NCBI RefSeq assembly: GCF_017940815.1 | Contig: NZ_JAGAXX010000003.1 | Coordinates: forward strand, 9,963-73,962 | Origin: Methanobrevibacter sp. | GTDB taxonomy: Archaea > Methanobacteriota > Methanobacteria > Methanobacteriales > Methanobacteriaceae | Direction of reading: 5' to 3' | DNA: 64,000 bases | Shown: one piece after another, positions 45,031-53,532 of the stretch | How the letters are laid out: each line of letters begins with the position of its first letter | Numbering within the stretch: the first letter of the stretch is position 1 | Translations under genes and position numbers: made by a program | Notes under the pieces: model-generated | Told to the model about the DNA's origin: nothing | Seen by the model: the letters and a program-made list of their open reading frames with translations, nothing else | Databases searched by the model: none

Positions 45031-46011
45031 TTAATATTTATTCTTTAATGATTCTTTAACATATCTTTTAATGAACTTGTCCAAATCTGGTGAAACATCA
45101 CTTTCTTTAGGACCCAATTTTGTTTTGTCAGTGAATGTTCCCTTAAGTTCACGTCCTGCCCATTTGACTTCTTCTTCAACTCTTTTTCCATATTTGGTTC
45201 CAAACATTTTGAATAGAGGGAATTTAGTTATTCCGTTAGCTCCGCTCAATATCAATATTCCAATATTTGCTAAGTTATCAATCCATGTTCCACATATTAT
45301 TTCAATATCTGGGAAAGCCAATCTCACCTGTGAAACAACCTGTGCATAATAAAGTGATGCCGGCTGTGATGAGTCTGCATATATTGTTTCCTTATGAGGG
45401 TTTAGTGAATAGAAGATTACTCTGTCAATTTTGTGGTCCTTGATATAATTTATAATATAATCAACATCATCCAATGTTTCTCCAAGACCTAAAATGATTG
45501 TAATTGCTTTTTTAAATCCTAAATCATGTGCAGTGTCTAGCATGTTGCTGATGTCATCCAGTTTTTTGGATGGGCAGACCCTTTCATGGATTTCGGGATT
45601 GGCAACTTCGACTGCACCGGTTATTCCCTTGATTTCTGATCCGTATTCGGCCAGTTCATCAGTTATCCCTGTGTTTAGCCATACTCCATCGCCGGTTATG
45701 TCCTTTATTGTGGTTGCGATGTGCTTTATTTCCTGTGTTGTGAATGATTCATATCCTCCGGACAGGAATTCAATGTTCCAGTCAAGGCGTTTGCACATTT
45801 CTGCCTCTGCAAAGATATTATTCATATTTCTCCTAGCTTTGGCAGGGTCTTTGATCTTATTTTTTTGTGTGGACATGTAGCAGAATGCACAATCTCCTTT
45901 ATCACACCACCAGGATAGGAATACTGCTCTTTCAAGAGTTATTAGGTTTCCATGTTTTTCTAGAGTTGTTTTATTAGCTTTTTTCATTAAGTCAAAAATG
46001 TCAGGATCCAT
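45031..46011 (-). CDS. radical SAM / BioB-like TIM-barrel protein with atypical Cys motif
   Basis: WWCDKGDCAFCYMS (C-x4-C-x2-C) near the N-terminus, FLSGG and a BioB/HydE-like layout; 326 aa. Confidence 0.6.
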   Translation of the reverse strand: MDPDIFDLMKKANKTTLEKHGNLITLERAVFLSWWCDKGDCAFCYMSTQKNKIKDPAKARRNMNNIFAEAEMCKRLDWNIEFLSGGYESFTTQEIKHIATTIKDITGDGVWLNTGITDELAEYGSEIKGITGAVEVANPEIHERVCPSKKLDDISNMLDTAHDLGFKKAITIILGLGETLDDVDYIINYIKDHKIDRVIFYSLNPHKETIYADSSQPASLYYAQVVSQVRLAFPDIEIICGTWIDNLANIGILILSGANGITKFPLFKMFGTKYGKRVEEEVKWAGRELKGTFTDKTKLGPKESDVSPDLDKFIKRYVKESLKNKY

Positions 46012-46102
46012 ACTGGTATCTTTGTTCCTTAAACTTTATATACTAGTTTGAATTAATAATTGTATAGATTTGATTTTTCTTATCAAATATGGCAAAAAAC
46101 CA

Positions 46103-46116
46103 AAAGCTTTATATAC
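46103..46116 (+). promoter_or_regulatory. putative TATA box of the five-tRNA operon
   Basis: aagCTTTATATACT. The same CTTTATATACT occurs at 46033-46043 (27 nt from the radical SAM start) and inverted at 59884-59895. Confidence 0.3.
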
Positions 46117-46205
46117 TATGTAATGTATAACTATTATTACTGTTTAAAGTCTTTTGATTTTCAGAATCATGGGTTTTACTTGGATAAGTAAGATGGGTGT
46201 CTCAT

Positions 46206-46278
<73 letters not shown>

Positions 46279-46283
46279 CTTTT

Positions 46284-46357
46284 GGGCCCATAGCTTAGCC
46301 AGGTAGAGCGTCCGGCTCATAACCGGAAGGTCATGGGTTCGAACCCCATTGGGCCCA
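46284..46357 (+). tRNA. tRNA-Met (CAT), elongator type (could be tRNA-Ile2 if C34 is modified)
   Basis: Acceptor GGGCCCA/TGGGCCC and anticodon arm TCCGG-CTCATAA-CCGGA. It lacks the initiator A1:U72 and GGG/CCC anticodon-stem signature. Confidence 0.85.
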
Positions 46358-46385
46358 TGTAATTTAAACGTATTTGTATTTGTAT

Positions 46386-46460
46386 GCTCCGATGGTGTAG
46401 TCCGGCCAATCATTTCGGCCTTTCGAGCCGAAGACTCGGGTTCGAATCCCGGTCGGAGCA
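46386..46460 (+). tRNA. tRNA-Glu (TTC)
   Basis: Acceptor GCTCCGA/TCGGAGC, anticodon arm TCGGC-CTTTCGA-GCCGA, T-loop GGTTCGAATCC. Confidence 0.9.
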
Positions 46461-46518
46461 TTTATAAATTTGTTAAGATTTTTTATGGTTTCTATTGTAT
46501 CCTTTGTTTTTTTCATAA

Positions 46519-46601
46519 GCGGGGGTGCCCGAGAGGCCAAAGGGGACAGGCTTAGGACCTGTTGACACAGGTCTTCCAGGGTTCGAATCCCTGCTCCCGC
46601 A
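46519..46601 (+). tRNA. tRNA-Leu (TAG)
   Basis: Anticodon arm ACAGG-CTTAGGA-CCTGT, a long variable arm and T-loop GGTTCGAATCC. Confidence 0.9.
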
Positions 46602-46634
46602 TTTTAACAATTTTATTTTCATATGTATTTCAAT

Positions 46635-46711
<77 letters not shown>

Positions 46712-46826
46712 TTATAAAACTATTTTTTTTAAAGATTACTTTTCAAATGCTCTCTCATTTTCTTTATATACTGTAATTTCAATAATTATTAGTGTTAATA
46801 AAATTTTTTAATATTAGAGTGTTAAT

Positions 46827-47237
46827 ATGGCTAAGAAAGGATCAGCTGAAGAAAGGGATTTGGTACATAAACTTTGGGATAGGAATTTTGCCGCTATGAG
46901 GGCTCCAGCATCTGGAGGAGCTACAAAAAATCCACTTCCGGATGTTGTTGCGGGAAATGGAAAATTATATTTGGCAATTGAGGTTAAAACCACCACAAAG
47001 GATAAGGTTTACATAGAACAGGACCAAATCAATGCCCTTTGCGAATTCTCAAAAATCTTTGGTGCTAAGCCTTATATTGGAGTCAGGTTCAAATACACTA
47101 AATGGCTATTTATGGAGCCGAAGGATACTCCAAGAACAAGAAACGGAAATTATAAGGTTGAAAAGGATTATGCACTTGAAAAAGGCTTTGAAATCGATGA
47201 GATAGTAGGTATCGATAAGCAAATGAAATTCGAATAA
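46827..47237 (+). CDS. hjc: archaeal Holliday junction resolvase Hjc
   Basis: 136 aa with KGSAEERDLV...RAPASGG...PDVVAG...LAIEVKTT, the nuclease-fold E/D/EVK motif typical of Hjc. Confidence 0.9.
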   Translation: MAKKGSAEERDLVHKLWDRNFAAMRAPASGGATKNPLPDVVAGNGKLYLAIEVKTTTKDKVYIEQDQINALCEFSKIFGAKPYIGVRFKYTKWLFMEPKDTPRTRNGNYKVEKDYALEKGFEIDEIVGIDKQMKFE

Positions 47238-47245
47238 TTGCAAAT

Positions 47246-47255
47246 ATTTATATAT
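47246..47255 (+). promoter_or_regulatory. putative TATA box for tRNA-Trp
   Basis: atttatatat is centred about 40 nt upstream of the tRNA 5' end at 47291. Confidence 0.4.
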
Positions 47256-47290
47256 TATTAAAATATAACTTATTATTGTATATTATGTGT

Positions 47291-47438
47291 GGGGTTATGG
47301 TGTAACCTGGCATCATCTGGGACTCCAGTTGTCTTTGAAGAAATATACGCGTAACTGAACAGTACTTGTTGTGATGATCAATTGGAGTACTGAGGCAAGA
47401 GAAATCCCAGGATCGGGGTTCAAATCCCTGTGACCCCA
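47291..47438 (+). tRNA. tRNA-Trp (CCA) interrupted by a 75-nt intron at the canonical 37/38 position
   Basis: Exons 47291-47328 and 47404-47438. Acceptor GGGGTTA/TGACCCC, anticodon stem TGGGA/TCCCA, loop CT-CCA-G|intron|A, T-loop GGTTCAAATCC. Confidence 0.88.
47329..47403 (+). ncRNA. intron-encoded box C/D guide RNA within pre-tRNA-Trp
   Basis: C-like UGAAGA 47336-47341, D' CTGA 47355-47358, perfect C' GTGATGA 47371-47377, 12-nt guide 47378-47389, D CTGA 47390-47393. The guide pairs with 47322-47331 (10 bp including 1 GU), placing C34 at the fifth pair from box D. Confidence 0.8.
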
Positions 47439-47499
47439 TTTTTATATAAAACTTTTTTTTACAAAACTTTTAATTACTTTCTTGATTATATTATCTTTC

Positions 47500-48105
47500 A
47501 TGAGCTCAGTTGTTTTTATTTTAGGTTATAATTACGATTCAAATTATTATTTAATTGATGATAATATTCTAGTTGATACAGGTGCTGGTTTAAACAAGGA
47601 TTATCTATTCTCCAAAATCCGTGAAAATGGTGTTGAGCCTGATGACATTGAATTGATTGTCAATACTCATTGCCATTTTGACCATATTGGTGGCAATCAC
47701 TTTTTCCCGGATGCCAAAGTTGCAATCCATAAATTGGATGCGATATCAATTAGAAATAAGGATACCTTGGGAACTTCAATGTCCGTTTTTGAAAATGAAG
47801 GAAATTGCAGAGTTGATATCGAATTGGAGGAAGGGGATAAAATTGCTGATTTTGAAGTAATCCACACTCCGGGACATACAAAAGGTGGAATCTGTCTATG
47901 GGATGGTGAAAGCCTAATTTCTGGAGATACAATATTTGCTGGCGGTGGCGTCGGCAGAATGGACATAGGTGGGGATTTTGATGATATGAAAAATAGTGTC
48001 CGCAGATTAACTGAGCTGGACGTTAAAAACATTTATCCCGGTCATGGTCCGATAGTTGAAAATAATGGAAAAGAACATATTAAAATGTCTTATTCATTAT
48101 TCTAA
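47500..48105 (+). CDS. MBL-fold metallo-hydrolase
   Basis: HCHFDHIGG (HxHxDH) and downstream His/Asp ligands (HTPGHT, GD, PGHG). The track start is TTG 47482; ATG 47500 seems more likely. Confidence 0.85.
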   Translation: MSSVVFILGYNYDSNYYLIDDNILVDTGAGLNKDYLFSKIRENGVEPDDIELIVNTHCHFDHIGGNHFFPDAKVAIHKLDAISIRNKDTLGTSMSVFENEGNCRVDIELEEGDKIADFEVIHTPGHTKGGICLWDGESLISGDTIFAGGGVGRMDIGGDFDDMKNSVRRLTELDVKNIYPGHGPIVENNGKEHIKMSYSLF

Positions 48106-48107
48106 TT

Positions 48108-48758
48108 TTATTTTTCTAATTTTTTGGTAACTTTGCTTAGTTTTCCTCTTTTAACAAGTAAAGTGATTTTTTCTCCACGGGCGATTGTATCGTCAGGTTG
48201 TGGGATGGCAAGTTTACCGTTTTGATAGGTTGCGATAATAATGTAATCTTTAGTTGGGGAAATCTCTTTAAAGCGTTTTCCGACAACTTTGTCATTTGTA
48301 ATATTCATTTCATGAATTTCAGCGTTTCCTTCTCCGAGGGTTGTTAATTTAACAACTAATGGGTTGGTTACAACTTGTTGCAATTGTTTTGCAGCTGTAA
48401 TTTCTGGGCTGATTACCTCATCAATTCCAACTTCTCTGAACGCTTCCTCGTGGTCAGGGTTACTTACACGTGCGATAATGTGTTCAACATCAAATTTTCT
48501 AACTAAAATACATGAGAGTAAGTTTGCTTCGTCATTTCCAGTGGCAGCAACGAAGACATCTGCATCATCAATGTTTACCTCTTCAAGCAATTTGGAATTT
48601 GTACCGTTTCCACAAATAACGAGTGCATCTAAATCCGCTGCAACTTCATTGCATAATGTCTCGTCACTTTCAATTAAAGTAATGTCGTTTCCATCTTCAC
48701 TTAATAAGTTTGCAAGAGTGAGTCCTACACGTCCCCCTCCCATAATAATAATGTACAT
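48108..48758 (-). CDS. trkA: Trk potassium uptake protein, NAD-binding subunit TrkA
   Basis: IIIMGGGRVGLTLA Rossmann motif with TrkA-N and TrkA-C layout. Adjacent to trkH. Confidence 0.9.
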   Translation of the reverse strand: MYIIIMGGGRVGLTLANLLSEDGNDITLIESDETLCNEVAADLDALVICGNGTNSKLLEEVNIDDADVFVAATGNDEANLLSCILVRKFDVEHIIARVSNPDHEEAFREVGIDEVISPEITAAKQLQQVVTNPLVVKLTTLGEGNAEIHEMNITNDKVVGKRFKEISPTKDYIIIATYQNGKLAIPQPDDTIARGEKITLLVKRGKLSKVTKKLEK

Positions 48759-48813
48759 TAAATCACCTATTTAACATTGAATAATCATTATTTATCTTTT
48801 GATAATATAAATA

Positions 48814-50247
48814 TTATCTTTTGAAAATCTCGAAAAATGTTCTTAATGTAATCAATACCGGATATATTTCCAGTCTTCCGGTCCACATGTCGAACATACT
48901 GACTATTTTTAGGACAGGGTCTAGTGTGTAGTTTATGATTCCGAGTTCCAGACCATTGTTACCTTGAAGGGACATTGCTCCAAATAAACTTCTGAATGGG
49001 TCATATCCATATAGGCAGAACAGTGCCCATGTAAACATTATAATCATCATGTATAGTGTGATGAAGTTTCCGGATTGTGCAATGGATTTTTCAGGTATTT
49101 TACGGCCTTGCAATTTCACCGCTACAACTCTTCCTTCAGGGGATAGGATTTCTCTGATGTGTCTGTATATTCCTTTGAAATAAGTAATCATACGTACAAG
49201 CTTAATAGCACCTACTGTTGATCCGTTTGACCCTCCAGTCAACATTAAGCACATTAGACAAACTATAACGAATGATGGCCAGCTTGCCATTGTCATTGGT
49301 GAGGCCACACTTGCTCCAGTGGTTGTAATTGCGGATACTACGGTAAATAGTAAGTCGATTGGAACGATATTTGAAATGAAGTACAGCATTAATGTGACTC
49401 CTGCAATTACAGTTATTATTATTTTAAATTGCAAATCATTGATTAATGACCTTCCTCTGGTGCTGATTACCTTGTAATGCACTAAAAAGCTGGTAGCGCC
49501 CAGTATCATTAGGATAATGGATATCATATATATTACATCATCATGATAGTAGCCCATATTTGCATTTTTAATGCCCATTCCTCCTGTGGATATGATGTGG
49601 AATGTGTTACAAAGGGCATCAAAAACAGGCATTCCTGCAAGCAAATACAATATGAATCCTGCAATTGTATATATTGCATAAATTTGGAATGTTTTTTGCA
49701 GTGTTGTTTTAATACTTGGTTTTATACGTTCGTCACGAGCTTCTGAATGGTAAAGTTTTGAGGAAACTGATCCTGGTTTGGTCAAAACACCAATGACCAT
49801 GACGACCACTCCCAAACCGCCAATCCATTGTTCCAATGCTCTAAAAAATAAGATACTATGAGGTAAAATTTCAACGTTTTCAAACATGGTTATTCCTGTA
49901 CCGGTCAATGCGGACATGCTTTCAAAAACACCATCGATAAGGGGGATGTTTGTTGCCAGTGTAAAAACGATCCCTCCGATAATACTTGCCCACAGCCATG
50001 CGAATGAAGATATAATCATCCCATGTTTCAGACGTATTTTTTTGTCGGTGACGTCATCAAAGTATTTTATGCAGAACAGTCCTGTGAATGCTGAAATTCC
50101 TGCAGGAAGTATAAAACTGATTACATCGAACTCAAAATAAATTAAATCAAAAATTAACGGAATTAGGCACATCATACCTATTCCAATCATTAGCATTCCG
50201 GAGTTCCTTGCTATGATTCTCAAATCAGTTTTAGTAATATACCTCAT
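48814..50247 (-). CDS. trkH: Trk-type potassium transporter membrane subunit TrkH
   Basis: 477-aa polytopic membrane protein with repeated M-P-M selectivity-like motifs (LTGTGITM, STGGMG, TTTGASV, LTGGSNGSTVG). Confidence 0.88.
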   Translation of the reverse strand: MRYITKTDLRIIARNSGMLMIGIGMMCLIPLIFDLIYFEFDVISFILPAGISAFTGLFCIKYFDDVTDKKIRLKHGMIISSFAWLWASIIGGIVFTLATNIPLIDGVFESMSALTGTGITMFENVEILPHSILFFRALEQWIGGLGVVVMVIGVLTKPGSVSSKLYHSEARDERIKPSIKTTLQKTFQIYAIYTIAGFILYLLAGMPVFDALCNTFHIISTGGMGIKNANMGYYHDDVIYMISIILMILGATSFLVHYKVISTRGRSLINDLQFKIIITVIAGVTLMLYFISNIVPIDLLFTVVSAITTTGASVASPMTMASWPSFVIVCLMCLMLTGGSNGSTVGAIKLVRMITYFKGIYRHIREILSPEGRVVAVKLQGRKIPEKSIAQSGNFITLYMMIIMFTWALFCLYGYDPFRSLFGAMSLQGNNGLELGIINYTLDPVLKIVSMFDMWTGRLEIYPVLITLRTFFEIFKR

Positions 50248-50314
50248 TACTGTAAAGTTTGAACAAAATTCTATATAAATTTATAAGTAATCATTTCTAT
50301 AATTAATATAAACT

Positions 50315-51373
50315 ATGGACCGCAAAACATTATTTTTCTTAGGTGTAAGTATACTGATTTTAGCCATAATGTTATGGTTTGTTGGTATCGAAGAAGTTAT
50401 TGAGGCTTTAAAGCTGGCTAATTTAACTATTATTGGGTTGGCAGTTCTAGTTCAAATTGGAACTTATTTTTTATATGCTTTTCGTTGGCAAATTCTCAAT
50501 AAGCTTGCTGACATGGATGTGAGCATTCGTGAATTGATTCCAATGGTATTGGTAGGTTTAGCGGTCAACAATATCACTCCCTCCGGTCGTGGTGGGGGCG
50601 AGCCTGTACGTGCATATATTTTATCTAAGCAAAAAGGTTATCCTATGGAAGAATCATTTGCAACAGTTGTGGCTGACAGGGCTTTAGACACTTTTCCTTT
50701 TGTGGTGCTTGCAGCCATTACAATTGCCGCAATGGCTATGTACTTTGATTTTGACTTATGGCTATTGATAGTAATGGTTTTGGCAGTAATTGCAATTGTG
50801 GCACTATTGTTCGTTCTAATTTACATGTGTATCAATCCAGGGTTCGGTAAAAGGGTTGACGGATGGATTATTGGTCTTGTAAGAAGATTCTACAAGAAAA
50901 ATTCAGAGGATTTGGAAGAAAAAATTCATGATGCTATTTTCGGATTCCAGGATACCATGAAGCTTTTAATCTCAAACAAGAAGGTTTTGTCCTACACTAT
51001 ACCATTGTCCTTCCTGATATGGGTATTTGAAATTATCAGGGTTTATCTGGTCTTCTTGGCATTTGGCGCTCAAGTTAATCTGGTTGTCATCGGGGAAGTG
51101 TTCATTGTCGCTTCTCTTGTCGGTATGATTCCCCTTCTTCCGGGAGGGCTTGGTGCTGTTGACGGTATGATGATCATATTTTATTCAGCAGCAGGAATCT
51201 CTGCGTCAGTCAGTGCTGCAGCTACAGTCATTGAAAGGTTAATATCTTTCTGGATGGCTACAATCCTTGGGTTAATAATATTGCCTCATTACGGTTCTTC
51301 ACTATTGGATAAGGCATCCTCTTCAGTTGAGATTGAAGAGCCTTCGGATGATGACTTGGAGGACGAAGGGTAG
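50315..51373 (+). CDS. flippase-like / UPF0104 (LPG-synthase TM domain) family membrane protein
   Basis: AFRWQIL...NNITPSGRGGGEPVRAYIL and LPGGLGAVDG motifs. Polytopic, with an acidic C-terminal tail. Confidence 0.7.
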   Translation: MDRKTLFFLGVSILILAIMLWFVGIEEVIEALKLANLTIIGLAVLVQIGTYFLYAFRWQILNKLADMDVSIRELIPMVLVGLAVNNITPSGRGGGEPVRAYILSKQKGYPMEESFATVVADRALDTFPFVVLAAITIAAMAMYFDFDLWLLIVMVLAVIAIVALLFVLIYMCINPGFGKRVDGWIIGLVRRFYKKNSEDLEEKIHDAIFGFQDTMKLLISNKKVLSYTIPLSFLIWVFEIIRVYLVFLAFGAQVNLVVIGEVFIVASLVGMIPLLPGGLGAVDGMMIIFYSAAGISASVSAAATVIERLISFWMATILGLIILPHYGSSLLDKASSSVEIEEPSDDDLEDEG

Positions 51374-51378
51374 ATATC

Positions 51379-52446
51379 ATGGCGGAAAGTAATGGACGTA
51401 TTTTTTATTTTGATGCATTAAGGGCAGTTGCTATTCTATGTGTTATTCTGTTGCATGTGACTGGCCATCTTGGGGAAATAATGAATTATAATGTCCATAC
51501 TATTTTTTCAGCTAGTGGAATTTTTGAGACTTTCGCTAATAACTTTTTCAGAATTGGCGTTGACTTGTTCCTGATGTTGTCTGGAGCATTGCTTTTGGGC
51601 CGTGATTGGGATTTAAGAGGATTTTTGTCTAAAAGGGTCCCTCGTATTGTAAAACCATTTGTTTTCTGGTCTTTGGTATTCAGCATTTTACTCATTGCAG
51701 CATCTTATTTTGTTCCAAGCATCAATTTTGTAAAGCATTTTGCAATATTGGACATGCTGACTGTATTCTGGAATACTTTGATGTGTAAAGCTCCGGGATC
51801 TGCGGTTTATTGGTTCTTTTGGATGATGCTTGGAGTGTACTTGATAATGCCGGTCTTCAATAAATGGGTTAAGCATGCCGATTTGTCCGAACTCGAATAC
51901 TTTTTAGTCATCTGGATTGTATCAACATTGTTTGATTATACATTGATGATGGATTGTCCTATAAAGCTGTCCTATTTCACAAGTCCGATAGGATTTGTTG
52001 TTTTAGGATATTATCTGAGGTATTCCGAAAGAAAAATATTCAATAGTTCAGTCATTTCATGGATTTTAATCATTGTTCCGGCTATTGCGATGTTGGCTTA
52101 TTCATGTTCAGTAGCAGATAAGAGCATATTATTCGAATTCCATAGGTATTCACTTCCGGTTATAGTTGAAGTGACTGGTGTGTTTTGCTTATTCAAAACA
52201 AGTGGCCGTTTGAACAATATTCCCGTTTCACTTAAAAATTTCATTTCATCAGTTGCAATCTGCAGTTATGGGATGTATTTGATTCACAGTCAGATTATAA
52301 TGATATTCCGTAAAATATTCCATTTGTCATTTGGCTTTTTAGGCAATTATATTATACTATTCGTTGCAGGTTTTATCTTATCTTGGTTAATAATATATAT
52401 TTTAGCAAAAATACCATTCATTGATGAATTTATTGGTGTTAAATAA
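51379..52446 (+). CDS. acyltransferase family 3 (membrane O-acyltransferase)
   Basis: N-terminal R(I)FYFDALRAVAILCVILLHV signature and about 10 TM helices. Lies 5 nt downstream of the previous gene. Confidence 0.8.
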   Translation: MAESNGRIFYFDALRAVAILCVILLHVTGHLGEIMNYNVHTIFSASGIFETFANNFFRIGVDLFLMLSGALLLGRDWDLRGFLSKRVPRIVKPFVFWSLVFSILLIAASYFVPSINFVKHFAILDMLTVFWNTLMCKAPGSAVYWFFWMMLGVYLIMPVFNKWVKHADLSELEYFLVIWIVSTLFDYTLMMDCPIKLSYFTSPIGFVVLGYYLRYSERKIFNSSVISWILIIVPAIAMLAYSCSVADKSILFEFHRYSLPVIVEVTGVFCLFKTSGRLNNIPVSLKNFISSVAICSYGMYLIHSQIIMIFRKIFHLSFGFLGNYIILFVAGFILSWLIIYILAKIPFIDEFIGVK

Positions 52447-52564
52447 CTTTTTTTCTGTTTAAAAAATTACTATTTCCTAGTTAAAATAGAAAACTTTATT
52501 TTAATTTATTTTCATAAAATTAATTATCACAAAAAATTATTTTTAAAAAAATTTTGGTGAAATT

Positions 52565-53449
52565 ATGGAAATTAATGGTGTAGAAATACAAGATACCTTT
52601 GCTGAAGGTTTTGGAATTAAAGTATCTAGAATTATTATTACTGCAGCTACTAAACATTTAGCTAAAATTGCAGCTACTGAAGCTACAGGATTTGCTACTT
52701 CCGTTATCGGATGTCCTGCAGAAGCAGGTATTGACCAATATGTTCCTCCAACTGAATCTCCAGATGGAAGACCTGGTTATGCAATTATGATTTGCCACAT
52801 GTCCAAAAAAGCTTTAGGCGGACAAATCATGGACAGAATCGGACAATGTGTTTTAACTGCTCCTACTGCAGCAGCATTCAATGCTTTAGAAAGTGAAGAA
52901 GCATTCCCAACCGGAAAACAACTCAAGTTCTTCGGTGACGGATACGAAACTGAAAAAGATGTAAACGGTAAAAAAATGCACGTTATCCCTATCATGTCTG
53001 GTGAATTCTTAGTGGAAGATGAAATGGGATGGAAAGATGGTGTAGCTGGTGGAAACTTCTTCATCATGGCTGACAGTCAAATGGCTTCCATCGTTGCTGC
53101 TGAAGCTGCTGTTGATGCTATTCACGCCGTTGCTGGTGTAATCACTCCTTTCTCCGGTGGTATGGTTGCTTCCGGTTCTAAAACTGGTTCCAAATACTCT
53201 TTCATGAGTGCATCTACCAACGAAAAAGAATGTGTAACTTTAAAAGACCAAGTAGAAACTGAATTACCAGAAAACGTATTCGGTAACATGGAAATTGTTA
53301 TTGACGGTGTAGACGAAGAATCCGTTAAAGCTGCTATGAAAGCAGGTATTGAAGCTGCTTGCCAAGTTCCTGGTGTTATTGAAATCGGTGCTGGTAACTA
53401 CGGTGGAAACTTAGGACCTTACCAAATCCACTTACAAGACTTATTCTAG
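52565..53449 (+). CDS. ftr: formylmethanofuran--tetrahydromethanopterin N-formyltransferase
   Basis: [17 protein letters not shown]... N-terminus, 294 aa, biased codon usage. SD GGTGAAATTATG. Confidence 0.93.
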   Translation: MEINGVEIQDTFAEGFGIKVSRIIITAATKHLAKIAATEATGFATSVIGCPAEAGIDQYVPPTESPDGRPGYAIMICHMSKKALGGQIMDRIGQCVLTAPTAAAFNALESEEAFPTGKQLKFFGDGYETEKDVNGKKMHVIPIMSGEFLVEDEMGWKDGVAGGNFFIMADSQMASIVAAEAAVDAIHAVAGVITPFSGGMVASGSKTGSKYSFMSASTNEKECVTLKDQVETELPENVFGNMEIVIDGVDEESVKAAMKAGIEAACQVPGVIEIGAGNYGGNLGPYQIHLQDLF

Positions 53450-53480
53450 AGAATTTCTAATTCTCTACTTTTTTTTATTT
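53447..53480 (+). terminator. hairpin TAGAGAATT-TCT-AATTCTCTA containing the TAG stop, followed by T8/T6 runs
   Basis: Read directly after ftr. Confidence 0.6.
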
Positions 53481-53532
53481 TTTGATTATTTAATTAAATA
53501 TTGGCTGTTTTATTAAAAATGGTGTTAATATA

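Noticed and set aside
45031-46011. Assignment of the radical SAM protein as HcgA/HmdB (FeGP cofactor biosynthesis)
   Set aside because: HmdB is characterised by C-x5-C-x2-C, whereas this protein has C-x4-C-x2-C. No hmd or hcg genes are nearby. It is left as an unassigned BioB-like radical SAM.
46284-46357. tRNA(CAT) as the initiator tRNA
   Set aside because: It starts G1-C72 (GGGCCCA...) and its anticodon stem is TCCGG/CCGGA. It lacks the archaeal initiator hallmarks (A1:U72, three G-C pairs closing the anticodon stem).
47342-47358. D' guide of the tRNA-Trp intron targeting U39, as in the Haloferax paradigm
   Set aside because: The reverse complement of the guide (UUACGCGUAUAUU) has no match to the 3' anticodon-stem region (AAAUCCCAGGAUC), so only the C34 guide could be supported.
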